Shown here piece after piece: positions 8,377 to 16,308 of a stretch of DNA of 32,000 bases (the stretch's first letter is position 1; each line of letters opens with the position of its first letter). The DNA is from Demequinaceae bacterium (lineage in GTDB: Bacteria; Actinomycetota; Actinomycetes; Actinomycetales; Demequinaceae). Made by a program: the position numbers and the translations under genes. Below the pieces are notes generated by a model, which saw only the letters and a program-made list of their open reading frames with translations, searched no databases and was not told the origin of the DNA. The stretch lies in assembly GCA_965250005.1 (NCBI GenBank), contig OZ252279.1, forward strand, positions 1,770,001 to 1,802,000, given 5' to 3'.

Positions 8377-9573
8377 ATGACGATCCCCGAAGAGATCCAG
8401 AGAGTCCAGGAACTTTCGCGCTCGATGATCGCAAGTTACGTTGCGTGGGGCACGAACAGGAAGTGGGGGGAGACGCAGAACACCTTCTACTCTGATGTGA
8501 CCGACTTTGTGAACTTCCGGATCGAGACTGCGGATTCTTGCCTCGATCTGATTGCCAACGGCAAGGTTGCCGACGCCCTGGGTCTTTGTCGGTCACTCCT
8601 CGAGCACAATCTCCTGCTGAAGTTGATCTGTCGCGGAGATCGCTACGTCCGACTTCAGAACCTGGAGTCCAAGTCGCCTACTGAGATTCGCAACTACCTT
8701 GCCGAGCAGCAGCGGGATCTGGAGCAGAAGCACGCCCGAGGCGAGGATCTCGCGTGCTTGTATGTCGAGGAGTACCCACGTCAGAAGAAGTGTCTGATGT
8801 ACGTCTTCGAGGGACTCTCGAGTAACGATGAGCCTGACTTCAGGATCCCGATCCACTTCTTCCAATTCCAGGGTTTCCGGCCCTCAACCATGCGCTTGAA
8901 AGATGAAGAGTACTTCGACTACTACGAGCCGCCGAAGTCGGTAACGGAAGCCAAGGCGCGATTTCGTCGTGAAGCCGCGTTCAGTTACCGCCACTACCTC
9001 TCGTACGACGCCTTACTCCAGTGCTTGCAGATCAACGGCCTTGTGGACTCCGCCTCGTTGGCTCGTATTGAGGCGCACTACACGTTCCTCGGATCGTTCT
9101 TGCACCCCACGCATGGAGCCGCACGCGAGCTTCATGAGGGCAGCAACGTACACTCCGCGGATACGGCCGTTGGAATGGAGGGCCGCTACACCGTTGCGGC
9201 CAAGCTCCTGGCCTATTGCTATGTTGCATTCTTGTTGGCTGGCACTCTCGAAGAAGTTGCGCTCCTATTCGAAGAGGCTCCGGAACGGTATGTGTCGGTA
9301 GCCGCGACTGCGGACCTCAGTGCCCTCGCCGGGAGCGTGCCCGACACCGTCAACTACTTTTGGTTCGTCGACAACGAAGCCCCGCTCTACGACCGCTTCA
9401 ACCACGCCATACATCACGTCTCGGGCGACGAGCTCACCGCCTATGGCGGCTACGCAGGTGTGCCCACAGAAGCGATCAAGTTTGAGGCCGACGTCTACTC
9501 AAGTTTCGAGCACCGACTAACCGGCTGGCATAACCAGAGTGTCGGGCGCTACGAGGCTCCGCTGGGGCATTGA
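8377..9573 (+). CDS. DUF5677-like hypothetical protein
   Basis: MTIPEEIQRVQELSRSMIASYV...RIETADSCLDLIANGKVADALGLCRSLLEHNLLLKLICRGD...GSFLHPTHGAAR; internal ATG at 8377. Confidence 0.65.
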   Translation: MTIPEEIQRVQELSRSMIASYVAWGTNRKWGETQNTFYSDVTDFVNFRIETADSCLDLIANGKVADALGLCRSLLEHNLLLKLICRGDRYVRLQNLESKSPTEIRNYLAEQQRDLEQKHARGEDLACLYVEEYPRQKKCLMYVFEGLSSNDEPDFRIPIHFFQFQGFRPSTMRLKDEEYFDYYEPPKSVTEAKARFRREAAFSYRHYLSYDALLQCLQINGLVDSASLARIEAHYTFLGSFLHPTHGAARELHEGSNVHSADTAVGMEGRYTVAAKLLAYCYVAFLLAGTLEEVALLFEEAPERYVSVAATADLSALAGSVPDTVNYFWFVDNEAPLYDRFNHAIHHVSGDELTAYGGYAGVPTEAIKFEADVYSSFEHRLTGWHNQSVGRYEAPLGH

Positions 9574-9678
9574 TGCCCTGGGCTCGGTTGGGACGACCCA
9601 ATAGATGCACCGGGCGCTCAGGGGATACCGGTTGGGCCCGGCACCTTGCCGCCCGGATGGAGTCCGAAATCGGGGCCT

Positions 9679-10353
9679 TCAGGAATAGCCATCAACGAGT
9701 CGCGAGACGACGTCCTCGTCGATTGACCACTTGTGGCTGGAATTGCGCGAGCAAAGCGCGAGGAACTCCCACTTTGTCGGGATCCGCTCGACCGAACCGT
9801 CCGCGTTCGAGTGCTCGTTGAACTGCACGGGAATCCGAACGAATCGGAGCGTGCGCTTCTTCTTGCACCTGGGGCATATGGCCTGAGTTCGAACTAGGCG
9901 TAAGTGGTGGGAATCCGAGCCCCCAAGATGGCGGTGTTGTGTGAACCGCCCTGTTGAGATCGGTATCCCTTCGTCGCGGGCTCGACGGAAGAGTATGAGC
10001 GATCCGAGCGCGATGAGACAGAGTACGAGAAAGGCAAGCATCCAGGGCCATGCCGTGGGAACAGGTAACAGGGCAATACCGGTCCCCGACGATGGCCTAC
10101 CAAGGCCTGCGAAGAACTCTGAAACTGTCTTCCACCCGCTGAAGACTCCACCCGAGACGGTCACGATGGCCGCTGCGAGAAACCACCATGCGTTCGGCCC
10201 AAGGTTTCGGTCGTTTTCTATCGTAACCTGGCCGGGCGGGATCGGAGGCAGGCCTCCGGTACTACCGACCTTGATCTTGTTGACGATGCGCGTTCTCGAC
10301 TTCTTGCCGAAGGCGTTGTTCGAAACATTTCCGTGCCCTTCAATGCTCGTCAT
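9679..10353 (-). CDS. Two-TM protein with C-terminal zinc-ribbon-like segment
   Basis: MTSIEGHGNVSNN...WWFLAAAIVTVSGGVF...WPWMLAFLVLCLIALGSLILF...AICPRCKKKRTLRFVR...LCSRNSSHKW. Confidence 0.65.
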   Translation of the reverse strand: MTSIEGHGNVSNNAFGKKSRTRIVNKIKVGSTGGLPPIPPGQVTIENDRNLGPNAWWFLAAAIVTVSGGVFSGWKTVSEFFAGLGRPSSGTGIALLPVPTAWPWMLAFLVLCLIALGSLILFRRARDEGIPISTGRFTQHRHLGGSDSHHLRLVRTQAICPRCKKKRTLRFVRIPVQFNEHSNADGSVERIPTKWEFLALCSRNSSHKWSIDEDVVSRLVDGYS

Positions 10354-10601
10354 CTCAGTCTCCCGTCGACTTGGCCCCACTCTAGATGGAGGCGCTGACA
10401 CGGAGTCGAGATTGTCCGCGTTGCAGTTAGTCGAAGATTCTGAAGCGAGGCCTCTGCTTCGCCGCGCGCCGCTCGTGTTGGCTAACTAGGCTGGGTGCAG
10501 TCTCGACTACCAAGTGGCGAGAAAGTGGGGTTTGAAGTGACACAAGGTGCGTTGTCGCCGCGATCGGGTCGTGTCGTGAATCTCAAGCGCTGGGCTGCTG
10601 C

Positions 10602-11144
10602 ATGACTTCGGCGAGCCCCGACTTGGCAGCGCTCTACGTGAAGCATGGTGACATGCTTCACCGGGTTGCTGCCGCTACCTTGCGTGGTAGTGGGCGTGTG
10701 GAAGACTCCAGAGATGTCGTTCACGATGCTTTTGAGGAAGTACTCAAGGGCAACGTGCCCGACGAGGTTCGGGATTGGAAGGCGTTCTTGATCACGGTCG
10801 TCAAAAGGCGAGCGCTCGACCGTGTGAAATCTGCGGCGGTGCGAAAGGCGGGACCGAGTCTTGATGCGGACACACTAGTGCCGGTAGCCAGTGACGATCT
10901 TGCTGAAGCGGTGGCTGCCGAGTTAGATGCGGAGCGACGTGCGCAACAGGTTCGTGAGGCACTGGCTGTGTTGGACGCCCGTCAACGGAAGGTCGTCGAG
11001 GCGTTCGTCTTCGAAGAACGCAAACAGGCCGATATCGCGGCTGAACTCGGTGTGAATCGATCCAGAGTGAGTCAACTATTTGGTGAGGCAAAGATGCTAA
11101 TAGACGAAGAGTTGGCGCGGAAGAAGGCGATTGGACATGGATAG
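10602..11144 (+). CDS. Sigma-70 family (ECF-like) RNA polymerase sigma factor
   Basis: Region 2-like LYVKHGDMLHRVAAATL...DSRDVVHDAFEEVL and region 4 LDARQRKVVEAFVFEERKQADIAAELGVNRSRVSQLFGEAK. Confidence 0.8.
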   Translation: MTSASPDLAALYVKHGDMLHRVAAATLRGSGRVEDSRDVVHDAFEEVLKGNVPDEVRDWKAFLITVVKRRALDRVKSAAVRKAGPSLDADTLVPVASDDLAEAVAAELDAERRAQQVREALAVLDARQRKVVEAFVFEERKQADIAAELGVNRSRVSQLFGEAKMLIDEELARKKAIGHG

Positions 11145-11796
11145 AGTCGAGTTTGACGATCTGGTCTTCGAGGTCGCGCGTGACCCGGGTTCGTTTGAGC
11201 GATTGTCCGGTTCCGGCGAACTTGCCGCAGCGCAGAAGGAAGCGCTGGCCGAGGCGCGCGAGCTTTCGCTTGCGCTCCGCCAGGCTGCGTATGGCGCCCC
11301 GCCGCTTTCGGAAGACCCCACTGCGGCTTTGCTCGGGCTCGTGCCGGATGCGCACTGCAAATTGGATGGAAAGGCGTTGCACCGTGCGCGCATGCAAGCA
11401 GAGTTGTCAGTATCAGAGTTGGCGCTTCGACTAGGAGCGCGCGAATGGCAAGTTGACAAGCGGGACGTTGCAAGGTGGGAGAGCCGTACGGCGGACGACG
11501 TTTCGCCGGCCCTTGTTGCAGCAGTAGCCGAAACGATCGGCGCGTCGGTCGACGACTTGATTTTGGATCCTGCGGCGGCGGCTCCTGACCCATTCGTTGA
11601 CGCACTGCGGCAGAATCCCGTCTTTGCGCAAGCCGTGGAGCGTTGGGCGGCCTTGCGCAACGTGTCGAAGGCTGTCGCGGCTGCAATGCTCGAGAGCAAG
11701 GCGCTTGTCACGGTGCACCGTGGCGAGGCGCCCGATGTCGAAAAAGCGGCGAAGTCTCTTGAAGCTTTGGTCAATGCCATCGAGGATGAGCAGTAG
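11131..11796 (+). CDS. XRE-type helix-turn-helix regulator, overlapping the sigma gene
   Basis: GKALHRARMQAELSVSELALRLGAREWQVDKRDVARWE...LVAAVAETIGASVDDLI; start overlaps the sigma stop. Confidence 0.65.
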   Translation: MDMDRVEFDDLVFEVARDPGSFERLSGSGELAAAQKEALAEARELSLALRQAAYGAPPLSEDPTAALLGLVPDAHCKLDGKALHRARMQAELSVSELALRLGAREWQVDKRDVARWESRTADDVSPALVAAVAETIGASVDDLILDPAAAAPDPFVDALRQNPVFAQAVERWAALRNVSKAVAAAMLESKALVTVHRGEAPDVEKAAKSLEALVNAIEDEQ

Positions 11797-11808
11797 GAGA
11801 CAAGCGCC

Positions 11809-12825
11809 TTGGACTTGGATGCGCGAGCGGAGGCTGTCGTCGCGCGACTAGGCGACGACGCGGTCAACCGATTTGGGGCAGACCCAAGCGCGGCGCTCAT
11901 TGCCGACTTCGGGCTCATCGTCCGTTCGGTCGACCACCTCACTGACTCGCGCGGCGCTGGCGGCGAGTGCGACGGGCTTTCTTACCTCGAAGACGGTGTA
12001 ATCCTCTACGCACCGACCCCGAATAGCAAGCGCGAGAACTTCACCCTCGCACATGAATTCGGGCACTTCCTCGTCGAAAAGGACATTGCGCTGTTTGATT
12101 GGATTGCCGATCAAGTTGCGGCAGGCATGATCCTTGAACAGGTCTGCAATCGCATTGCACAAAGACTTCTCCTCGACGATGCGAGGGTCAAGTCAGTCGT
12201 TGGAACGGGCCAATTGAGAGCTATCCACGTTCTCGAACTCTTTGAAGCAACCCGCGCCAGCCGTCCAGTCTGCGCAATCGCGCTTGCAGGTCGGCTTCGA
12301 GGACTCGGGGCAGTCGCAATTCTCGAGCGGGCCGATGGTTCAGTAACTCACTCCACTGTCCAGCCCGATGTCGAGCAAGGCTGGCCTGAGGTCTTCCCAT
12401 GGCGCGGACAGAGCGTGTCCGGTGACCATCCGCTCACAAAGTTAAATGAAGGCGGCTCGCTGACGCAACGCCTTTCCTGGCGTTCACCTTGGGGAACGTC
12501 GGCTGACTTCTACGTCGATGCGATCGCCGACGCGCGCCGCGTATATGCAGTGTTCAGCGAGATCGACCTCTGGAAGGTCGACAAGTTCCACGGGTCGAAG
12601 AAACGCGATTATGACCAGCGCCTCCACCTCTCGGGAACGTGCTGCGGACAAGCGTTCTCGGTACGGGGGTACCCGTGCGACACATGCAAGCAACCGTATT
12701 GTCCACGCTGCGGCGACTGCCGCTGTGGTCGTGATGCGAAACGAAGCCTTACGTGCAGGGGTTGCCAGTACGTCTTCCTGTCCCATTTGCTGATCGACGG
12801 CCGATGCGAAGAGTGCCGAGGTTAG
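11809..12825 (+). CDS. ImmA/IrrE family metallopeptidase with C-terminal Cys-rich zinc-binding-like tail
   Basis: NFTLAHEFGHFLVEKD (HExxH); C-terminus CC..C..C...CPRCGDCRCG..LTCRGC...CEEC. Confidence 0.85.
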   Translation: MDLDARAEAVVARLGDDAVNRFGADPSAALIADFGLIVRSVDHLTDSRGAGGECDGLSYLEDGVILYAPTPNSKRENFTLAHEFGHFLVEKDIALFDWIADQVAAGMILEQVCNRIAQRLLLDDARVKSVVGTGQLRAIHVLELFEATRASRPVCAIALAGRLRGLGAVAILERADGSVTHSTVQPDVEQGWPEVFPWRGQSVSGDHPLTKLNEGGSLTQRLSWRSPWGTSADFYVDAIADARRVYAVFSEIDLWKVDKFHGSKKRDYDQRLHLSGTCCGQAFSVRGYPCDTCKQPYCPRCGDCRCGRDAKRSLTCRGCQYVFLSHLLIDGRCEECRG

Positions 12826-13100
12826 TTCCTAACACTTGACGCCGCTCCCTCGACTCCAATATGAGCGCGCCTGCAAACCGCGGCACAACCAGCGTTCGGG
12901 ACGGGGGTGATTGCAGTGGCGAAAAACACCGGACGCGGACACCGTGCAGGTGCCGTGCGTGCGCGCAGTGAGTTCAAGCGCGGCAGCACGTGGTTCAAGC
13001 GGGATTCCAATACGGGTCGGATTCTCAACGGCAGCCCGAAAAAGCACAAGGGTGTACGTGACGAAAAGTAGTGGAGACGGTGAAAGAACCCACAGAGAAG

Positions 13101-13141
13101 ACTTGACTATGCTTTTACATAGACATGACCTGTGAGATAAT
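13101..13141 (+). promoter_or_regulatory. Shared 41-nt regulatory/promoter-like motif, copy 1
   Basis: acttgactatgcttttacatagacatgacctgtgagataat; 37/41 identical to 16244..16284; GATAAT -10-like end. Confidence 0.6.
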
Positions 13142-13182
13142 ATGGATATTGAGACAAGTTGTCCCAAAAAAGGAGTAGTTCA

Positions 13183-13431
13183 ATGGCAGACAAGAAACAC
13201 AACAAGACGTTCAAGGTTTTCGTGAATGGCGTCGAGAAGACAGTCGATCACGAGTTTCTGACCTATGACGAGGTGGTGCAGCTTTTCATCGCGGAGCCTG
13301 TTCCCAACACCATTTACGCGGTGAGTTTCGAGCACGCTAAGGAGCCAAAAGAAGGAGATTTGGTGGCCGGTCAGCGAGTGAAAATCAAGCAGAACACGAA
13401 ATTCGATGTCGATGACACTGGTCGCTCATAG
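13183..13431 (+). CDS. Multiubiquitin-domain-like ubiquitin-like protein (Ubl)
   Basis: FKVFVNGVEKTVDHEFLTYDEVVQLFIAEPVPNTIYAVSFEHAKEPKEGDLVAGQRVKIKQNTKFDVDDTGRS; AGGAG RBS at ~13171. Confidence 0.75.
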   Translation: MADKKHNKTFKVFVNGVEKTVDHEFLTYDEVVQLFIAEPVPNTIYAVSFEHAKEPKEGDLVAGQRVKIKQNTKFDVDDTGRS

Positions 13432-14578
13432 TCCGGATCTCGCGAAACTCGTTGACGAAGGCTATGACGTAGAGGTTCGCGATGGCAATCTCCTAGTGCA
13501 CCACGTTCCTTATGTGACAGGTGCTGGCCAGGTCGCCTATTGCATTCTTGTGTCAGAGTTGTCGACCGACGGCCACAAGACAGTTGCGCCAGGGAGTCAC
13601 CAGGCCTGGGTCGTTGGGGATATCCCGCACGATCACCAAGGGAACAAGGTCACGATCGTTCTGGACCAGAAACATGACTACGGCGGGGGTCTCGTAGCTT
13701 CATGCAGCCTCTCAGGAAAACCTGGCAACAAGATGCCTCGCAACTACCACCACAAGATCAGTCACTATGTCGACCGTCTCGGTCGATATGCGAGAGCGAT
13801 CGACCGTTCCGCTACCCACAAGAACTACCCAGCCCGTGAAACATCGGAAGAGGAGTCAGTTTTTCGCTATCATGATGCGGCGACGAGCCGAGCTGGTCTA
13901 AGTGCTGTTTCCGGCAAACTCAAGGTGGCAAAGGTGGCTATTGTTGGCCTCGGTGGCACTGGTTCGTACATCCTTGATCTTATCGCAAAGACACCAATTG
14001 AAGAGATCCATTTGTTTGATGATGATGTGCTCTACGCGCACAACGCCTTCCGGGCACCGGGAGCTGTGTCTCTTGATGAACTCAAAATGTCGCCTCTCAA
14101 GGTTGACTATTTTGCTGGTAAGTACGGCGAGCTCAGGCGCAACATCACTGCTTACCCAGTGCGAGTCAGCGACCATAATGTTGACGACCTTCGCGATATG
14201 GACTTCGTCTTTCTGGCTATGGATGCAGGCCCAACCAAGCGGTTGATTGTTGAAAAACTTCAAAGTTGGGCGACTCCGTTTGTCGATTGCGGGATGGGCG
14301 TTGAACGCCTCGGCAACTCGCTTCGAGGGACGCTCCGAGTGACGGCTGGGGCCGAAGGAAAATACGACCACTTGCCGCGTCGAATCTCGTACACTGACGT
14401 CGATGCAGATGAGTACGACTGGAACATTCAGACGGCGGACCTCAACATGATGAACGCTGCTATGGCTGTTCTCAAGTGGAAGAAACTCCTTGGCTACTAC
14501 GTCGACGGCAAAGGCGAACTCAACAGCACCTACGTTGTTGCGAGGAATCAATTGAACAGCGGCGAACTATCCGTATGA
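13406..14578 (+). CDS. ThiF/E1-like adenylyltransferase with N-terminal DUF6791-like domain
   Basis: KVAKVAIVGLGGTGSYILDLIAKTPIEEIHLFDDDVLYAHNAFRAPG (nucleotide-binding GxGGxGS), FVDCGMG; N-terminal LLVHHVPYVTGAGQVAYCILVSEL; overlaps the Ubl gene by 26 nt. Confidence 0.88.
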   Translation: MSMTLVAHSPDLAKLVDEGYDVEVRDGNLLVHHVPYVTGAGQVAYCILVSELSTDGHKTVAPGSHQAWVVGDIPHDHQGNKVTIVLDQKHDYGGGLVASCSLSGKPGNKMPRNYHHKISHYVDRLGRYARAIDRSATHKNYPARETSEEESVFRYHDAATSRAGLSAVSGKLKVAKVAIVGLGGTGSYILDLIAKTPIEEIHLFDDDVLYAHNAFRAPGAVSLDELKMSPLKVDYFAGKYGELRRNITAYPVRVSDHNVDDLRDMDFVFLAMDAGPTKRLIVEKLQSWATPFVDCGMGVERLGNSLRGTLRVTAGAEGKYDHLPRRISYTDVDADEYDWNIQTADLNMMNAAMAVLKWKKLLGYYVDGKGELNSTYVVARNQLNSGELSV

Positions 14579-14994
14579 AGCAAACTTCGCTTGTCCCAGA
14601 GTTTGTAAACACTATTCCCGAGGAACTTGAGGAAGGCCTACTCTACGTATCGGAGCGGTTTAGTACCGCGTCTCATCTATGCGCATGCGGTTGCGGCAGC
14701 AAGGTCGTAACCCCACTTAAGCCAACGAAGTGGCAGTTGACAAGTGATGATGGACTTGTGTCACTGTGGCCGTCCATCGGCCGGTGGCAACTCCCGTGCA
14801 AGTCTCACTACTGGATTAGAGAGAACAAAGTCGAATGGTCCTGGTCCTTCACTGAAGATGAGATGCGGGCCGTGCTAGAGCGAGATGCGCGTGACCTTCA
14901 TAACTACTACGAGTCACGACGTACGCCGCGTTGGATTCCGAGTCTTCTTGCACCGTTGTGGCGACGATGGCTTGGTCGCGCAAGAGAACGCTAG
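14575..14994 (+). CDS. DUF6527-like zinc-binding protein
   Basis: MKQTSLVPEFVNTIPEELEEGLLYVSERFSTASHLCACGCGSKVVTPLKP...LPCKSHYWIRENKVEW; ATGA overlap with the E1 gene. Confidence 0.75.
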   Translation: MKQTSLVPEFVNTIPEELEEGLLYVSERFSTASHLCACGCGSKVVTPLKPTKWQLTSDDGLVSLWPSIGRWQLPCKSHYWIRENKVEWSWSFTEDEMRAVLERDARDLHNYYESRRTPRWIPSLLAPLWRRWLGRARER

Positions 14995-15053
14995 CCTGAT
15001 CAACACCTGTCTCTATCCCCAATCTGGGACCTCCTTACGCGCGACTTTCAACT

Positions 15054-15599
15054 TCACGTATTGGATCGTTGAGGCGCTTGGGCGCTCGCTTTGACGGAGC
15101 CCCGGATCTTGACTCCGCTCTCGCGCAGTCGCGATGCTATCGTGTCGCCCGTTGTACCAAATCTCTGGCCGACAATGGCGAGTGACAGCCCCGACTCATA
15201 CAGTCGAATCGCCTCGGGCAGTTGCTCGGGCAGTAGGCCTGTGCGGCGTAGCCTCACGCCAGTGCGCTTCAAGGTTTCGCTGACCGTTGTCCGATGGCAG
15301 TTGAACTCCTTTGCGAGTTCGTAGGTCGTCGCTCCCTCGCGGTAGAGCTCAGCCAACTCCTCCACCTGATCTGGCTTGAGCCGAGTTTGTCGTTGACCGA
15401 CTCGAACACCTCGTTCAGAGTCAAGTGCAGACTTAGGGCCTGAAGCAATCTCAACAACCTGATTGGCAAGCGTTCGTAAGGCGGATCCTGTGTTCGCAAG
15501 CGAACGCCTCAGGACCACCAAGAACTGACAAAGACTACTAAAAATAGTAGTAAAACCAGGGGTCGCACTGTACCGGTGCGGCTCCTTTTCGTATCTCAC
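15054..15599 (-). CDS. Helix-turn-helix protein (Hin/serine-recombinase C-terminal-like double HTH), intact paralog; start uncertain
   Basis: TRLKPDQVEELAELYREGATTYELAKEFNCHRTTVSETLKRTGV ... LSLAIVGQRFGTTGDTIASRLRESGVKIRG. Confidence 0.65.
   Translation of the reverse strand: MRYEKEPHRYSATPGFTTIFSSLCQFLVVLRRSLANTGSALRTLANQVVEIASGPKSALDSERGVRVGQRQTRLKPDQVEELAELYREGATTYELAKEFNCHRTTVSETLKRTGVRLRRTGLLPEQLPEAIRLYESGLSLAIVGQRFGTTGDTIASRLRESGVKIRGSVKASAQAPQRSNT
15281..15520 (-). repeat. Direct repeat copy A (HTH coding)
   Basis: Matches 17822..18077; includes identical 30-mer tgttcgcaagcgaacgcctcaggaccacca (15491..15520). Confidence 0.85.
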
Positions 15600-15823
15600 T
15601 GCATTTGATGGTCATCGCGGAATGTGGCTTGCGACCGGGGTAACAGGGGTTCGTACTACTTCAGGGTCCTTGCACCGGTACAGGTTTTCGACCCGTTTTC
15701 GTCACGTCGCCGACCCCTGTTCGGATGTACCGGTGGTGTTGTAGACATGGCAGCGATCATGCAGCTCATGCTTGCGTTTTGCGCCCAATGCTTCACACTC
15801 GAGCGCAGTAACTCAGCAGGAGA

Positions 15824-16243
15824 ATGACCGCCATGCCGCGGGTGACCAACGACCAGCATTTCAAACGACATCAACAACTCAAGCAGATCTATCTGCAGCA
15901 TCCGAAACTCTTCACGTGTCTGCAGCCGAACGATCAGCTGGACCTCTACGTCTACTACCGACCCCACGAGACGACTTCAATCGAAGAACTCGAAGAGCAC
16001 TGGGCTCACGCAGTGGCTATCGATTACTCACTACCGAATCGTGCCGGAAAGGCCTATCTCCAGATTCTCGAACACGCCGTCGGTCACCATTCCGAGCAGA
16101 ATCGCCAGCGCTGCCAGTACCAGCGAACAAACACCGGACGCATTCGTGTTGTCGGCGCCATGCGCCCGGAGCCAGATATTGACAAACTAGTCATGGCAAT
16201 CAAAATGCTGGCTGAGCATCAGGCCAAGGAGCAGGCAGACTAA
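15824..16243 (+). CDS. Hypothetical protein without recognised domain
   Basis: 139 aa, MTAMPRVTNDQHFKRHQQLKQIYLQHPKLFTCLQPNDQLDLYVYYRPHETTSIEELEEHW...; caggag RBS-like. Confidence 0.65.
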   Translation: MTAMPRVTNDQHFKRHQQLKQIYLQHPKLFTCLQPNDQLDLYVYYRPHETTSIEELEEHWAHAVAIDYSLPNRAGKAYLQILEHAVGHHSEQNRQRCQYQRTNTGRIRVVGAMRPEPDIDKLVMAIKMLAEHQAKEQAD

Positions 16244-16284
16244 ACTTGATTGTTCTTTTACGTAGACATGACCTGTGAGATAAT
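16244..16284 (+). promoter_or_regulatory. Shared 41-nt regulatory/promoter-like motif, copy 2
   Basis: acttgattgttcttttacgtagacatgacctgtgagataat, 25 nt upstream of the ATG at 16309, followed by AGGAGG. Confidence 0.6.
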
Positions 16285-16308
16285 GGGATCACAAGGAGGA
16301 GGCGAAGT

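Noticed and set aside
11072-11942. Minus-strand ORFs of 204 and 281 aa
   Set aside because: Fully antisense to the XRE-HTH gene; no recognisable fold.
13103-13141. Classic sigma-70 promoter TTGACT...GATAAT
   Set aside because: Spacing between these hexamers is 27 nt, too long for a standard promoter, so recorded only as a shared regulatory motif.
12829-13167. 112-aa minus-strand ORF in the gap before the Ubl operon
   Set aside because: No motif or RBS support, and it overlaps the putative regulatory region.
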